Source: a virus
Lineage: Duplodnaviria > Caudoviricetes
Virus record (IMG/VR): IMGVR_UViG_3300011339_000715
Coordinates: 1-40,933 of that record
Length of the DNA: 40,933 bases
Strand: one strand, 5' to 3'
This document shows, piece after piece, positions 8,314 to 16,272 of this stretch; the stretch's first letter is position 1, and each line of letters opens with the position of its first letter. Under the pieces are notes generated by a model. That model made no database searches, was not told where the DNA came from, and saw only the letters and a list, made by a program, of their open reading frames with translations. The position numbers and the translations under genes were made by a program.

Positions 8314-8625
8314 CTACTTGGTGAGTGTTTCCTCGATTAGCTGCGAGATCTTCTTATCAGAAAACCGGCCATCAAACTTAATGCCAAGTTCAGTAGCCTT
8401 CTCTTCAAGTTCCAGACGAGTGGGTGGCGCAATGTCATCTACTTTGGTAGCTTCTACAACTGGCTGAACCTTTTTAGGCTCAATGGCTTCTGGCATTGTC
8501 TTAAACCAGCCATCCTTGAGTTTTGCCTCTAGTTCTTCAGCGTTTTTTACGCCTGCAAAATCATACGTTCCATTGGGGCGCACATGCTTCCCGGGAACCT
8601 TGTAAACGATAGTTGGAAATTCCAT
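8314..8625 (-). CDS. Conserved small protein between coat and gp4 genes
   Basis: VYKVPG..LKDGW motif as in P22-like post-coat ORFs; C-terminal ATELGIKFDGR helical module. Confidence 0.7.
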   Translation of the reverse strand: MEFPTIVYKVPGKHVRPNGTYDFAGVKNAEELEAKLKDGWFKTMPEAIEPKKVQPVVEATKVDDIAPPTRLELEEKATELGIKFDGRFSDKKISQLIEETLTK

Positions 8626-8780
8626 TACTTCTTGAGTTTTCCAACGGGTTTACCTGCTGCTTGTTTTGCTTTGCGAGCCGTGCTCAGAGCAATGGCCTGT
8701 TTCTGAGGCCGGCCAGCCTTAACCTCTTTGCTTATATTGCTAGAGATTGTTTTTGGGGAATAACCTTTTTTCAGTGGCAT
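8625..8780 (-). CDS. Small basic protein (51 aa, MPLKKGYSPKTISSNI..GRPQKQAIALS); not in ORF track
   Basis: Hand-translated; TAATG overlap with the next gene. Confidence 0.85.
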   Translation of the reverse strand: MPLKKGYSPKTISSNISKEVKAGRPQKQAIALSTARKAKQAAGKPVGKLKK

Positions 8781-8815
8781 ACAGATTAAATACACAAAAG
8801 GGAGGGCAGAGTCAA
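8781..8815 (-). promoter_or_regulatory. Candidate sigma70 promoter for a leaderless transcript, overlapping the coat terminator
   Basis: TTGACT-N17-TATTTA-N6-ATG(8780). Confidence 0.5.
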
Positions 8816-8825
8816 CTGCCCTCCC
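8796..8825 (-). terminator. Intrinsic terminator after the coat gene
   Basis: Perfect 10 bp stem GGGAGGGCAG/CTGCCCTCCC, 6 nt loop, TTTT. Confidence 0.8.
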
Positions 8826-8846
8826 CAGTGTGATTAACGGTTAGCC

Positions 8847-10124
8847 TTAGGGCTGGCCGAACAGGATAATCCCTGTCATTTCGGGCTGCTTGTTGACGAC
8901 ACCGAAGATCGTATCGAGGCGATAGCGAGTCTTCATGGTGTTGATGTCGTATTGCTTCTGCATGACCAGTTCAATGCCCTGGTCGGTGGAAGCACGCATC
9001 ACGTTGGCGCCGGCGTCCTGAGGCACTGCGTAGCGACCCGGGAGGATCTCAATCGCGTCCTTCTGCCAGAAGCAGTTGATGGGAGCTGCCGCAGTGTTCA
9101 TAAACACGATGGCGCTGGTAGCAGACTTCACGTTCACCACACAGTTCTGGTACTCAGCCGTTGCGGGCGTGTCGTTCTCAGACTGGTTGGAGATGATGGG
9201 AGGGCTGATGACCAGCGTGGTGCCACCAACGGGAACAGCAATGACCCGGAAGGTCTTGAGCTGGCCGGTGTCCTGCTTGGTGATGTGATGGACTGCATTC
9301 ACACCAGTGATGGTCAAACAGTCGCCCACAGCCACATTGGTGCTGCTCGACACGGTCACCGTCTGATAACGGTTATCCACGTTGAGACGCTCAGAAGTCG
9401 TCGGGGACGAGGTGACTGCCTTGGGAATGTAAGCATTCGCGCCAGACAGCGTGTTGATCGTGATGCCAGCACCACCGGCAGCCGCAGCGATGCGGTTGGA
9501 GTAGTCGAGCTTGAACGTGTCGAAGCTCGAAACCTGGCCGATATAGGCGCGGTCGTAAGCGGTCAACGTCTTGCCCTGAAGCGTCTGACGACCAGCGAGG
9601 TTGCTCGCCATGCCGTTGTAGTCGCGGGTCGAGAGCGCTAGGTAACGGGAATCGAAGTTCACGCCCTGTTCGTTGAAGATGGCTTCGCACTGGGCGACAT
9701 CATCAAAACCGCTGGCAGCAGCGATACGCTTGACAACGAGCGTGCCCTGCGAGGAGGCCACGTTCATCACGGCAACATTGATGTCAGACGCGAGTTTCTG
9801 CTTGGCAGAATCACCCAAACGCTGTTCCTGAAGTGCGTCACGCAGTTCAGTCGCAGTCATGATCCACGGCACAGACTGGTTGAACCCGATTGTGGCGGGC
9901 ACAGCAAGCTGGGTGTAATCAAAGAAGTTCGCAGTCATATCAGTGCCCGAATACGAGCGACTGATGTAAGGCTGCGGCCTCCAGATGGTGTTGTTGGTGC
10001 GTTCCATCATCGTCTGATCGGTCGTGTAGATCGAGACGTTGCGGGACAGGACAAGGGCATCCTGAAAACCTTCGAGGAGGTTTTCAAAAGCTACCCGTTC
10101 TTCTTTGCTAAATGCGTTAGCCAT
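8847..10124 (-). CDS. Major capsid protein (P22 gp5-like coat)
   Basis: 425 aa; MERTNNTIWRP, AKQKLASDIN, GDCLTITGVNAVHHITKQDTGQLKTFRV resemble P22 coat; synteny. Confidence 0.93.
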   Translation of the reverse strand: MANAFSKEERVAFENLLEGFQDALVLSRNVSIYTTDQTMMERTNNTIWRPQPYISRSYSGTDMTANFFDYTQLAVPATIGFNQSVPWIMTATELRDALQEQRLGDSAKQKLASDINVAVMNVASSQGTLVVKRIAAASGFDDVAQCEAIFNEQGVNFDSRYLALSTRDYNGMASNLAGRQTLQGKTLTAYDRAYIGQVSSFDTFKLDYSNRIAAAAGGAGITINTLSGANAYIPKAVTSSPTTSERLNVDNRYQTVTVSSSTNVAVGDCLTITGVNAVHHITKQDTGQLKTFRVIAVPVGGTTLVISPPIISNQSENDTPATAEYQNCVVNVKSATSAIVFMNTAAAPINCFWQKDAIEILPGRYAVPQDAGANVMRASTDQGIELVMQKQYDINTMKTRYRLDTIFGVVNKQPEMTGIILFGQP

Positions 10125-10127
10125 AAG

Positions 10128-10979
10128 TTAGGATTGGTTTTTTAACTGACGTTTGTAAGCAATAACTTTCGTCATGTCGCCGGTGCGCGATGCTTCTTCA
10201 CGCAACCGTTCCAACTGAGCGTTGGACGAATCAAGACTACCGTTTCCGTTAATCTTTTTTTCAGGAGGAGGAGCTTGTTTTCGAGAGGTCACAGTCAGTT
10301 GGGTTTCTAGTTTTGCTACAGCAAATGCGAACTTAACAGGATCAGTAATCTCACCAAGTTCTTTTGCTTTCTTTGGATTCTTACCCAAAGCATACACCAC
10401 TATTGCCGGGTTCTGGGCTCCCTGAAGAATGATTCCCTGTTGAGTAACATTCAGAGTTTCAAGAACAGTCTCTTCAGCGTCTTCAAAATCAGATACTTTC
10501 AGCCCAGATTTACTCTGGGTATAGCCTTCCAACTTCTTTTGCCAAGATTCCTGTTCAGCTTGCTGCTTGGATCTTTGCTGCGCTTCAGCCTCTTCAGACT
10601 GCCGCTTGCGTTCAAACCAGTTAGCAAGTTCGTTCTCGAACTTATCTGAATCGTAATCACAGTCCTCAAGTGTCGGTTTCTTTCCAGTTGCAACAGGAAT
10701 TTGCTCTGCTGTAGGATTAACCGCCTTGAGTCTTTCCTCAAGTTCGCGCTTCTCACGCTGCAACTCTCGGTAGTTCTTTCTCAGGTTACGCACCCATTCG
10801 GGCGCCTGCTTCTCTTCCTCTTCCTGGGGTGGCGATTCCCCTGCGATAGTAACTACAGTTTCGTCTCCGGGATCTTCAGTTTTCTCAGGCTCCGTATTTT
10901 CTACGGCCTCTGTTACGACTTCAATCTTATCGGATACTTCTTCTGTTGTTTTATCGTCTGCCGGTGTGGTGCTATTCAT
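10128..10979 (-). CDS. Scaffolding protein (P22 gp8-like)
   Basis: Acidic coiled coil between portal and coat; C-terminal helix-turn-helix with basic tail (EEASRTGDMTKVIAYKRQLK). Confidence 0.88.
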   Translation of the reverse strand: MNSTTPADDKTTEEVSDKIEVVTEAVENTEPEKTEDPGDETVVTIAGESPPQEEEEKQAPEWVRNLRKNYRELQREKRELEERLKAVNPTAEQIPVATGKKPTLEDCDYDSDKFENELANWFERKRQSEEAEAQQRSKQQAEQESWQKKLEGYTQSKSGLKVSDFEDAEETVLETLNVTQQGIILQGAQNPAIVVYALGKNPKKAKELGEITDPVKFAFAVAKLETQLTVTSRKQAPPPEKKINGNGSLDSSNAQLERLREEASRTGDMTKVIAYKRQLKNQS

Positions 10980-11013
10980 AAGTCTAAAACTATCTCAACG
11001 CAATAGAAATTAA

Positions 11014-13029
11014 CTATTGCATTGGCTGGGCGGGCTGAGTCAAGCGGTCAGCGAGCGCAAAGATGCGTTCTTGATCGGTTGAACTCACCTTGGAAAGCGT
11101 CTCTGTCGTCTTTGCCCTAGCCTCTTCAGCCTTAGCGACTGCGAGAATACTGTCTGCCTGCGCTTTAGAGGCCCGTGCAATGGCTTCTTCACTGGCTGCC
11201 TGCAAGTACTGCGCCTGCGGGTCAGGCTGGGCATTCTGAGCCGCTGCTGCCATTTCTTCTGCCTCTGCCTCGGTGGGCTTAAGCACGCCCATCATCAGGA
11301 GTTTCTTACGGAAGTAATCACGAACGTCGCTAATCCCTTCGCCTTCCATGTTGAGCATTGCCATAGCAGAGAGCACCTGGGTCATCTCAGGGTCTTGAGT
11401 CATCGTCATCATGTCAGTGATCGCCCGGACTGTAGCTTGCCGCTTGGTGGCACTACTGGGTCCAACAGTGACAACAACGTCGTACTCAGCCTCTGATAGA
11501 TCGTTTTCGTATTCGATCTCGCCTTCTTCGTTGACCACTGGCTTAAGCAGCTCGACTGGCTCCATCTTGCCCGATTCGTGGATGCTCTTCATCTTACGGC
11601 CTTCCTCGACAAAGATGTCCCTAGCGATAGATAGCCAGACTTCGCCACACCGTTTCACAGCCTTTGCCATGTTGGACATGTAGATAAAGGTCTGCATGTC
11701 GAGGCGCTGCTGGATGAGTTCCACGGTCTTGCCACTCAAGTGACTCACCATCTTGTCTCCCTGCCCCGGGGAGCCCAGGATCTCCTGCATATCCACTTCA
11801 GTAAGCTGAAGCAGGGCAGCCATAGAGGGCGGCAGAGCGGGAGGCTTCGTGTAGGCCACAGGACCGCCAATGATGGGGTTCCCGTTGGCGTCTGTCATCG
11901 TGTTAATCAGCAGGTAAGGGTAGTTCTTAAGGTTGTCCTCGGCCCACATGAGCTGGTGGCCGGCCACCTGTTCAGGGACCAGGATAGGCTTCTCCATGGC
12001 AGAGAGCGCACTGATCTCGCCCAGCTTACTTAGCTGCATGTTCTTGAGGCGTTGAGCGTCCTTGGCAAGCCTGACATGGCCCATGCAACGCTCTACGTTG
12101 TCTACGAACCAGCGTTTCCCGTACACCGGGATGATCGGGATGTGTTTGCCGGCGATGTAGCCACAGTCTTCAAGGATCTTGGCCCCAGACATGATGTACT
12201 TGTGGACCTTGCGCGTCTTAATCTTCTTGCGCCGCACTTCCTTCCAGCCAGTCGCAAGCATCTCTTCTTCTTTGTCGAGTTCCTCGGGCCTAAGCGACTC
12301 TTCTTTACCATTAAAATCCTGATAGATCCTAATCTGTTCAGAGACTTCCTCGACCTTGTAATACTCAGCGACGTACACAACTGAAGGCGTGTACCAGTCA
12401 AACTGAGAGCGGGTAACCGTCTTGGGCCAGGTGGACGGGTCATCGTCGTACTCGGCCTTGTAGGCGTCACGAGTCATGCTGGTGAGCACGAAACAACGCT
12501 TGGCATCAGCCTTGTCCTGTCGCTTAGCACCCAAGTCAAAGTAAACGCTAGTGTCAGCGTCAAAGATGGGCTCGATACACACCCGCTGCTTGTCTTCCTC
12601 GGGGTCTTCTTCGTTTTCGTACTCTGTCCTGAGTCTCCAGGCGCCAAACCCACCCATCACAGCCTCTTCAAATGCGTTGTCGTACGCCTCTTCAGCCCCT
12701 GAGTCTTGTTCATTGGCCCTGTACAGCCCGGCACAAGTGTCAGCCAGCTTGTCGTACTCTTCCCCGTCTTTGGAAGAGAAGTTTACTGTGATGCGATTGT
12801 TACGATACTCGTTAATGATCCTCAGGACTGCCATGTGGATCTTGTTGACCTCGAACCTAGGCTTGTTCTCGAACTGATCGCCAAGGGGGCCTTCCCATTG
12901 GGCGCCGGCCAGCGAGCAAAACCGCCGGTCCCCAAGGCAGTTCATGCGCTCCTGATACATGGCGCTCTGGATCTGGTCGAACTCTGCACGCGCAGCTTGG
13001 TGGATTTGGGAAAGTTTGTCTTCGGTCAT
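11014..13029 (-). CDS. Portal protein (P22 gp1-like)
   Basis: 671 aa; GAQWEG, PRFEVNKI, GGFGAWR, HIPIIPVYGKR, GHVRLAKDAQRLKN; C-terminal helical barrel. Confidence 0.93.
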   Translation of the reverse strand: MTEDKLSQIHQAARAEFDQIQSAMYQERMNCLGDRRFCSLAGAQWEGPLGDQFENKPRFEVNKIHMAVLRIINEYRNNRITVNFSSKDGEEYDKLADTCAGLYRANEQDSGAEEAYDNAFEEAVMGGFGAWRLRTEYENEEDPEEDKQRVCIEPIFDADTSVYFDLGAKRQDKADAKRCFVLTSMTRDAYKAEYDDDPSTWPKTVTRSQFDWYTPSVVYVAEYYKVEEVSEQIRIYQDFNGKEESLRPEELDKEEEMLATGWKEVRRKKIKTRKVHKYIMSGAKILEDCGYIAGKHIPIIPVYGKRWFVDNVERCMGHVRLAKDAQRLKNMQLSKLGEISALSAMEKPILVPEQVAGHQLMWAEDNLKNYPYLLINTMTDANGNPIIGGPVAYTKPPALPPSMAALLQLTEVDMQEILGSPGQGDKMVSHLSGKTVELIQQRLDMQTFIYMSNMAKAVKRCGEVWLSIARDIFVEEGRKMKSIHESGKMEPVELLKPVVNEEGEIEYENDLSEAEYDVVVTVGPSSATKRQATVRAITDMMTMTQDPEMTQVLSAMAMLNMEGEGISDVRDYFRKKLLMMGVLKPTEAEAEEMAAAAQNAQPDPQAQYLQAASEEAIARASKAQADSILAVAKAEEARAKTTETLSKVSSTDQERIFALADRLTQPAQPMQ

Positions 13030-14474
13030 CTCTTGAAAAAGTTAATCACTGGCATCACAAATGAACTATTCTTCTTTGTACCATACTTAGACGGAATAGC
13101 AGCTCTACTCAAGCCACTAACTACTAAATACCGTGTCGCGTCCATCAAATGGTCGTTATCTTTTACCACGCGTCCTTTTTCGTCCCTACGATAAAGACGA
13201 AACTCATTTAACCAATTACGAAGATTTGCAAATACACGGATCTTCCCGGCAGACATTGCCTGCCAAACGGTGTACAGCCCGCTCTCCACGGCGTTGTTCG
13301 CAAGCGTTATGTCGAGGCCGTGCCTGCGGTACATGCCAAGAAGCTGTTGCCCGTCAGTCTGCGCTCGACCGCGACTGGCTGGATCAATTACCCCCGGCAT
13401 CTCGCCACGGGCTTTAATCGCCTCTGCGTGTAGGATCGGTTCTGCCTGGCCTCGATAGTACTCTGAGTAGAGATACGTCACCTCTGTATCCGGGTTGGTG
13501 GCGCCCCAGATAACCGCTGTCCTGTTCCAGCCTACGTCCATGCCGTAGCAGCGCCTCCAGTGCGCCGGAATGGCAAACTCTTCACTGATCAGTTCACTCT
13601 CTGGCACTGGGTAAATAGCACCTGCACCAAGCTGTGGCACACCTTTAGAACGCGCGTCCCTCTGGAAGGGCGGGATCGACGCCCAAAGCTCTTCCTTCTG
13701 CTGTTTAGTCAAGTGGGGCACATCGTCCCACGTCGCCATCCCCACATACTTGCTCCCTGACGCCTGCTCCTGCACCTCGCCATTGGGCATAAACGACAAC
13801 ACAGTCTCACTCATCCCCATCAGAGGGGTGAACGTGAGCATCGTCATGCCGTTGTTGGTCATCGTTCTAAGCAAACACTCTGTGTAGACATCAAGCGGAG
13901 GCTCTTCATCAAGCCAGATAACATCTTGTTCTGAGCCTTGAAACGCTTCCCGGCGCTGGTCATACGACTTGAATGTCAGGCGAGATTCACCTCCAGAGAC
14001 GTGACGTACAGTGATGACCTCGATAGCCTCTGCGACGCCGGCCTTGGCAGTAGTCTTGATGAGATCTGACTTAGGGATGAGCCCCGTACCAAACTCCCCG
14101 GGCGGCCCTAGGAGCTTCATCTGAAGAATGTCGCGAGTCGTCTTGCCGGTGTCTCCCGCTGCCCAGGCACTCACAGCTTGTTCAAACCGTCTGCCCTGCC
14201 ACCATGAGGGATAACGGCCAGTCATATGCAGCACCATCTCGTACCCGCCAATACTCTCAGTCTTGCCAATACGGTTAGCAGCCATCATCAGGCGCTCACG
14301 GTACTTGGCTCCTGCGTTAAAGTAAGCGATGTGCTTTGGATACAGCTCCCTACGGAACTCTCCAGTATCAGGGAAGTAAGTAGCGATCTTGCGCTCCCTT
14401 TTACGTCTCAAAGACTCTTCGAGTAAAAGAGTCAGTTCCAAGTTCTTGTCGAGCCCGTCGAGAATGTCGCTCAT
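13026..14474 (-). CDS. terL: Terminase large subunit (likely start MSDILD at 14474)
   Basis: Walker A AANRIGKT, FKSYDQRREAFQG, Walker B IWLDEEPP, LTFTP, nuclease GMDVGW and DHLMDATRY. Confidence 0.95.
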   Translation of the reverse strand: MSDILDGLDKNLELTLLLEESLRRKRERKIATYFPDTGEFRRELYPKHIAYFNAGAKYRERLMMAANRIGKTESIGGYEMVLHMTGRYPSWWQGRRFEQAVSAWAAGDTGKTTRDILQMKLLGPPGEFGTGLIPKSDLIKTTAKAGVAEAIEVITVRHVSGGESRLTFKSYDQRREAFQGSEQDVIWLDEEPPLDVYTECLLRTMTNNGMTMLTFTPLMGMSETVLSFMPNGEVQEQASGSKYVGMATWDDVPHLTKQQKEELWASIPPFQRDARSKGVPQLGAGAIYPVPESELISEEFAIPAHWRRCYGMDVGWNRTAVIWGATNPDTEVTYLYSEYYRGQAEPILHAEAIKARGEMPGVIDPASRGRAQTDGQQLLGMYRRHGLDITLANNAVESGLYTVWQAMSAGKIRVFANLRNWLNEFRLYRRDEKGRVVKDNDHLMDATRYLVVSGLSRAAIPSKYGTKKNSSFVMPVINFFKR

Positions 14475-14561
14475 ACAAGATCGGGTTCCCCGGACACCTG
14501 CACACGCAGGGCCGGGTATTTTCCGTTTCGTCCAGTCACACCCCCGGGCTGACTGATACAA

Positions 14562-14771
14562 CTAAACCTTGGAAGATTGTTCACTTTTGTGCAAGACCTT
14601 AAACGCTTCTAGTGCGTCATTTTTGTAAGAATGTGGACCAACGTAGCAGTCTCGAAGGACACTAGCCAGTAGCGTAGCCATCTGTTTCCACGCCTCTGCA
14701 CGCTCTGTTTCGTTGCATAAATCATTGGCAAGACTGAGGCTTAGAAAAGTGTCTTCGTCGAGATAGCTCAT
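14562..14771 (-). CDS. Hypothetical protein (69 aa)
   Basis: ATGA overlap with the upstream gene. Confidence 0.65.
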   Translation of the reverse strand: MSYLDEDTFLSLSLANDLCNETERAEAWKQMATLLASVLRDCYVGPHSYKNDALEAFKVLHKSEQSSKV

Positions 14772-14935
14772 AGTTTCATTACAAGCACTTTGTATTCTTC
14801 GCCATCGTGCGCCCCGCCTTCCAACTCGAAGGTGAACTCTTCGTAGTCCATGTCTCTCAAGAGACTGTCCTGTAAGAGGGCATAAGCCAACTCAGCAGCT
14901 CGCTGGGGTGTTTGGGGTGTAAGGTCTAGGTCCAT
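14768..14935 (-). CDS. Small acidic hypothetical protein (55 aa, start MDLDLTP at 14935)
   Basis: The track's upstream extension runs through structured non-coding sequence, so the internal ATG is preferred. Confidence 0.65.
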   Translation of the reverse strand: MDLDLTPQTPQRAAELAYALLQDSLLRDMDYEEFTFELEGGAHDGEEYKVLVMKL

Positions 14936-14944
14936 GAAATTGGT

Positions 14945-14974
14945 CTGCGTGCGTAACGGATGCGCAGCCCCCGG
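14945..14974 (-). ncRNA. Candidate cis-regulatory pseudoknot RNA motif, copy 1
   Basis: CCGGGGGCTGCGCATCCGTTACGCACGCAG; repeated at 23830..23856 with a compensatory change. Confidence 0.5.
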
Positions 14975-15038
14975 TCTGTCTCTCCAGACTGTCACGCCCA
15001 TTGACTCTTGGCGGCGTTCCCGATTCGGCGTCCCGAAA

Positions 15039-15413
15039 TTAAGCAGCGGCACTAGGGTCCAAGACCACTGCGGCTGTATCGTCTGAAAGAGGACCAGCAA
15101 AAGTCTCTACCAGAGTCTGGCCCGCTGGGGTGAGGAGGGTAGGCTCGTCTGGGGTGATGGCCGGCACTGGGGTGATGGCAGCCAAGAAAGCGTCTACAGC
15201 AGTCTTGATCTCCAAGAGTGCCTCACGCTGCTCTTCTACCTTGCGCTCCAGCGTTCCACGCTCCCTACGCACAGCCTTCTCCTTCCTGAGCTTCACAGCC
15301 TCCACGTTCCAGGCAGCCTTCAAAGCTGCACTAACTGACTTCTTTAGTGCGGCAATCTGAGGATTAGTTTCTTTTTTAGTACGAGGCTTACGAGTCTTAA
15401 TGAGTGTTTCCAT
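15039..15413 (-). CDS. Hypothetical protein with basic N-terminus and coiled coil (124 aa)
   Basis: ORF in operon orientation; TTGCAC -35-like element upstream. Confidence 0.7.
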   Translation of the reverse strand: METLIKTRKPRTKKETNPQIAALKKSVSAALKAAWNVEAVKLRKEKAVRRERGTLERKVEEQREALLEIKTAVDAFLAAITPVPAITPDEPTLLTPAGQTLVETFAGPLSDDTAAVVLDPSAAA

Positions 15414-15625
15414 AGCACAAACAGCGATAGCAGAAGAGAAGGTTTGTGCAACTGGAAAAAGAAAAAGCTGGAGAGCGCCCGTCCCCGGGAGGGGACTGGC
15501 TTGGGGTGAGTAGGGGGAGTGCTAAGGGGGTTGTACTGGTTGAGGATAGGGAGAAGGGCGGCTGTGTAGGGACCTCGAACTTTCTCTTAAAAGGAACGGT
15601 CGATGGGGGTGACGACCCCCTCTGA

Positions 15626-15672
15626 CCACTACAGGTAGTGGTTCAGCCTAGTGACACCACTATATGTAGTGG
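15626..15672. promoter_or_regulatory. Tandem palindromic operators resembling NrdR boxes
   Basis: CCACTACAGGTAGTGG (15626..15641) and CCACTATATGTAGTGG (15657..15672), 31 bp start to start. Confidence 0.7.
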
Positions 15673-15803
15673 TCTATCTATCGGTGCACCGTATCGGTGC
15701 CCCTATCGGCCAGCCTATACTCTCCCGTATCAGTAGGATATGCACTTGCGTAAGTCCCTGATAATCAACATAACCCACTCCATCTTACCTATATTGTCGG
15801 GTG

Positions 15804-16238
15804 TTATAGGCTCTTAGCCTGTGTGACTGGCTCCACGAGCTCAGGCGCCGCTTGTGCTTGGTCCGTCACCACCACAGCCTGCACATCAATAGCTGCCGCT
15901 GGCGAGGCCATTAGACCGGCTCGCTGGGCATCTGCGAGAGCACGGGCCGTACGGGCTTCGAGCTGGGCATCTGTTAGCTCGGTGAGCGCGGCGAGTAACG
16001 GGGAGCCGTCCGCGTTGGAGAGTTTAGTGGGCAGGAGTTTGGAGAGGAGCGCACAAAACGTACGCGGGTCCGTGCGGCCAACATGCTCTAGATAGGATGC
16101 GCCGCCCAAGCGTTCAAACGCGTTGTGGATAGCATCTTTGATGCTGGCCGTTAGTTGGTTTGGTGTTCCTTTGGCGCGGCCAATGGTGCGCTCTCCGGCG
16201 CGGAGTAAATGCGGCTCAAGATGTGCTGGTGCTGGCAT
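15804..16238 (-). CDS. terS: Putative terminase small subunit
   Basis: GRAKGTPN..IKDAI..AFERLGG..YL..DPRTFCALLSKLLP pattern, LTDAQLEA C-terminal motif; upstream of terL. Confidence 0.7.
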   Translation of the reverse strand: MPAPAHLEPHLLRAGERTIGRAKGTPNQLTASIKDAIHNAFERLGGASYLEHVGRTDPRTFCALLSKLLPTKLSNADGSPLLAALTELTDAQLEARTARALADAQRAGLMASPAAAIDVQAVVVTDQAQAAPELVEPVTQAKSL

Positions 16239-16272
16239 GCACCTATTTTCTTCCTTTTTCAGGTAATTTCAA
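16239..16272 (-). promoter_or_regulatory. Possible leaderless promoter for terS
   Basis: TTGAAA-N16-GAAAAT-N6-ATG. Confidence 0.35.

Noticed and set aside
8952-9641. Long + strand ORFs antisense to structural genes (also 21255..21884, 25971..26477, 33106..33768)
   Set aside because: Shadow frames of well-supported - strand genes, with no motifs or expression signals.
14510-14555. Hammerhead ribozyme suggested by GGACGAAAC on the - strand
   Set aside because: No CUGANGA core upstream and no three-stem arrangement.
14975-14995. Glycine riboswitch suggested by UCUGGAGAGAC
   Set aside because: The downstream CCGAAG and CUCUCAGG elements are missing and the region is too short.
14474-15100. Track starts for terL (14561) and the 110 aa ORF (15100)
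   Set aside because: The extensions overlap other genes or structured leaders; internal ATGs at 14474 and 14935 fit better. The same applies to the track starts at 26501, 28703, 28918 and 29407.
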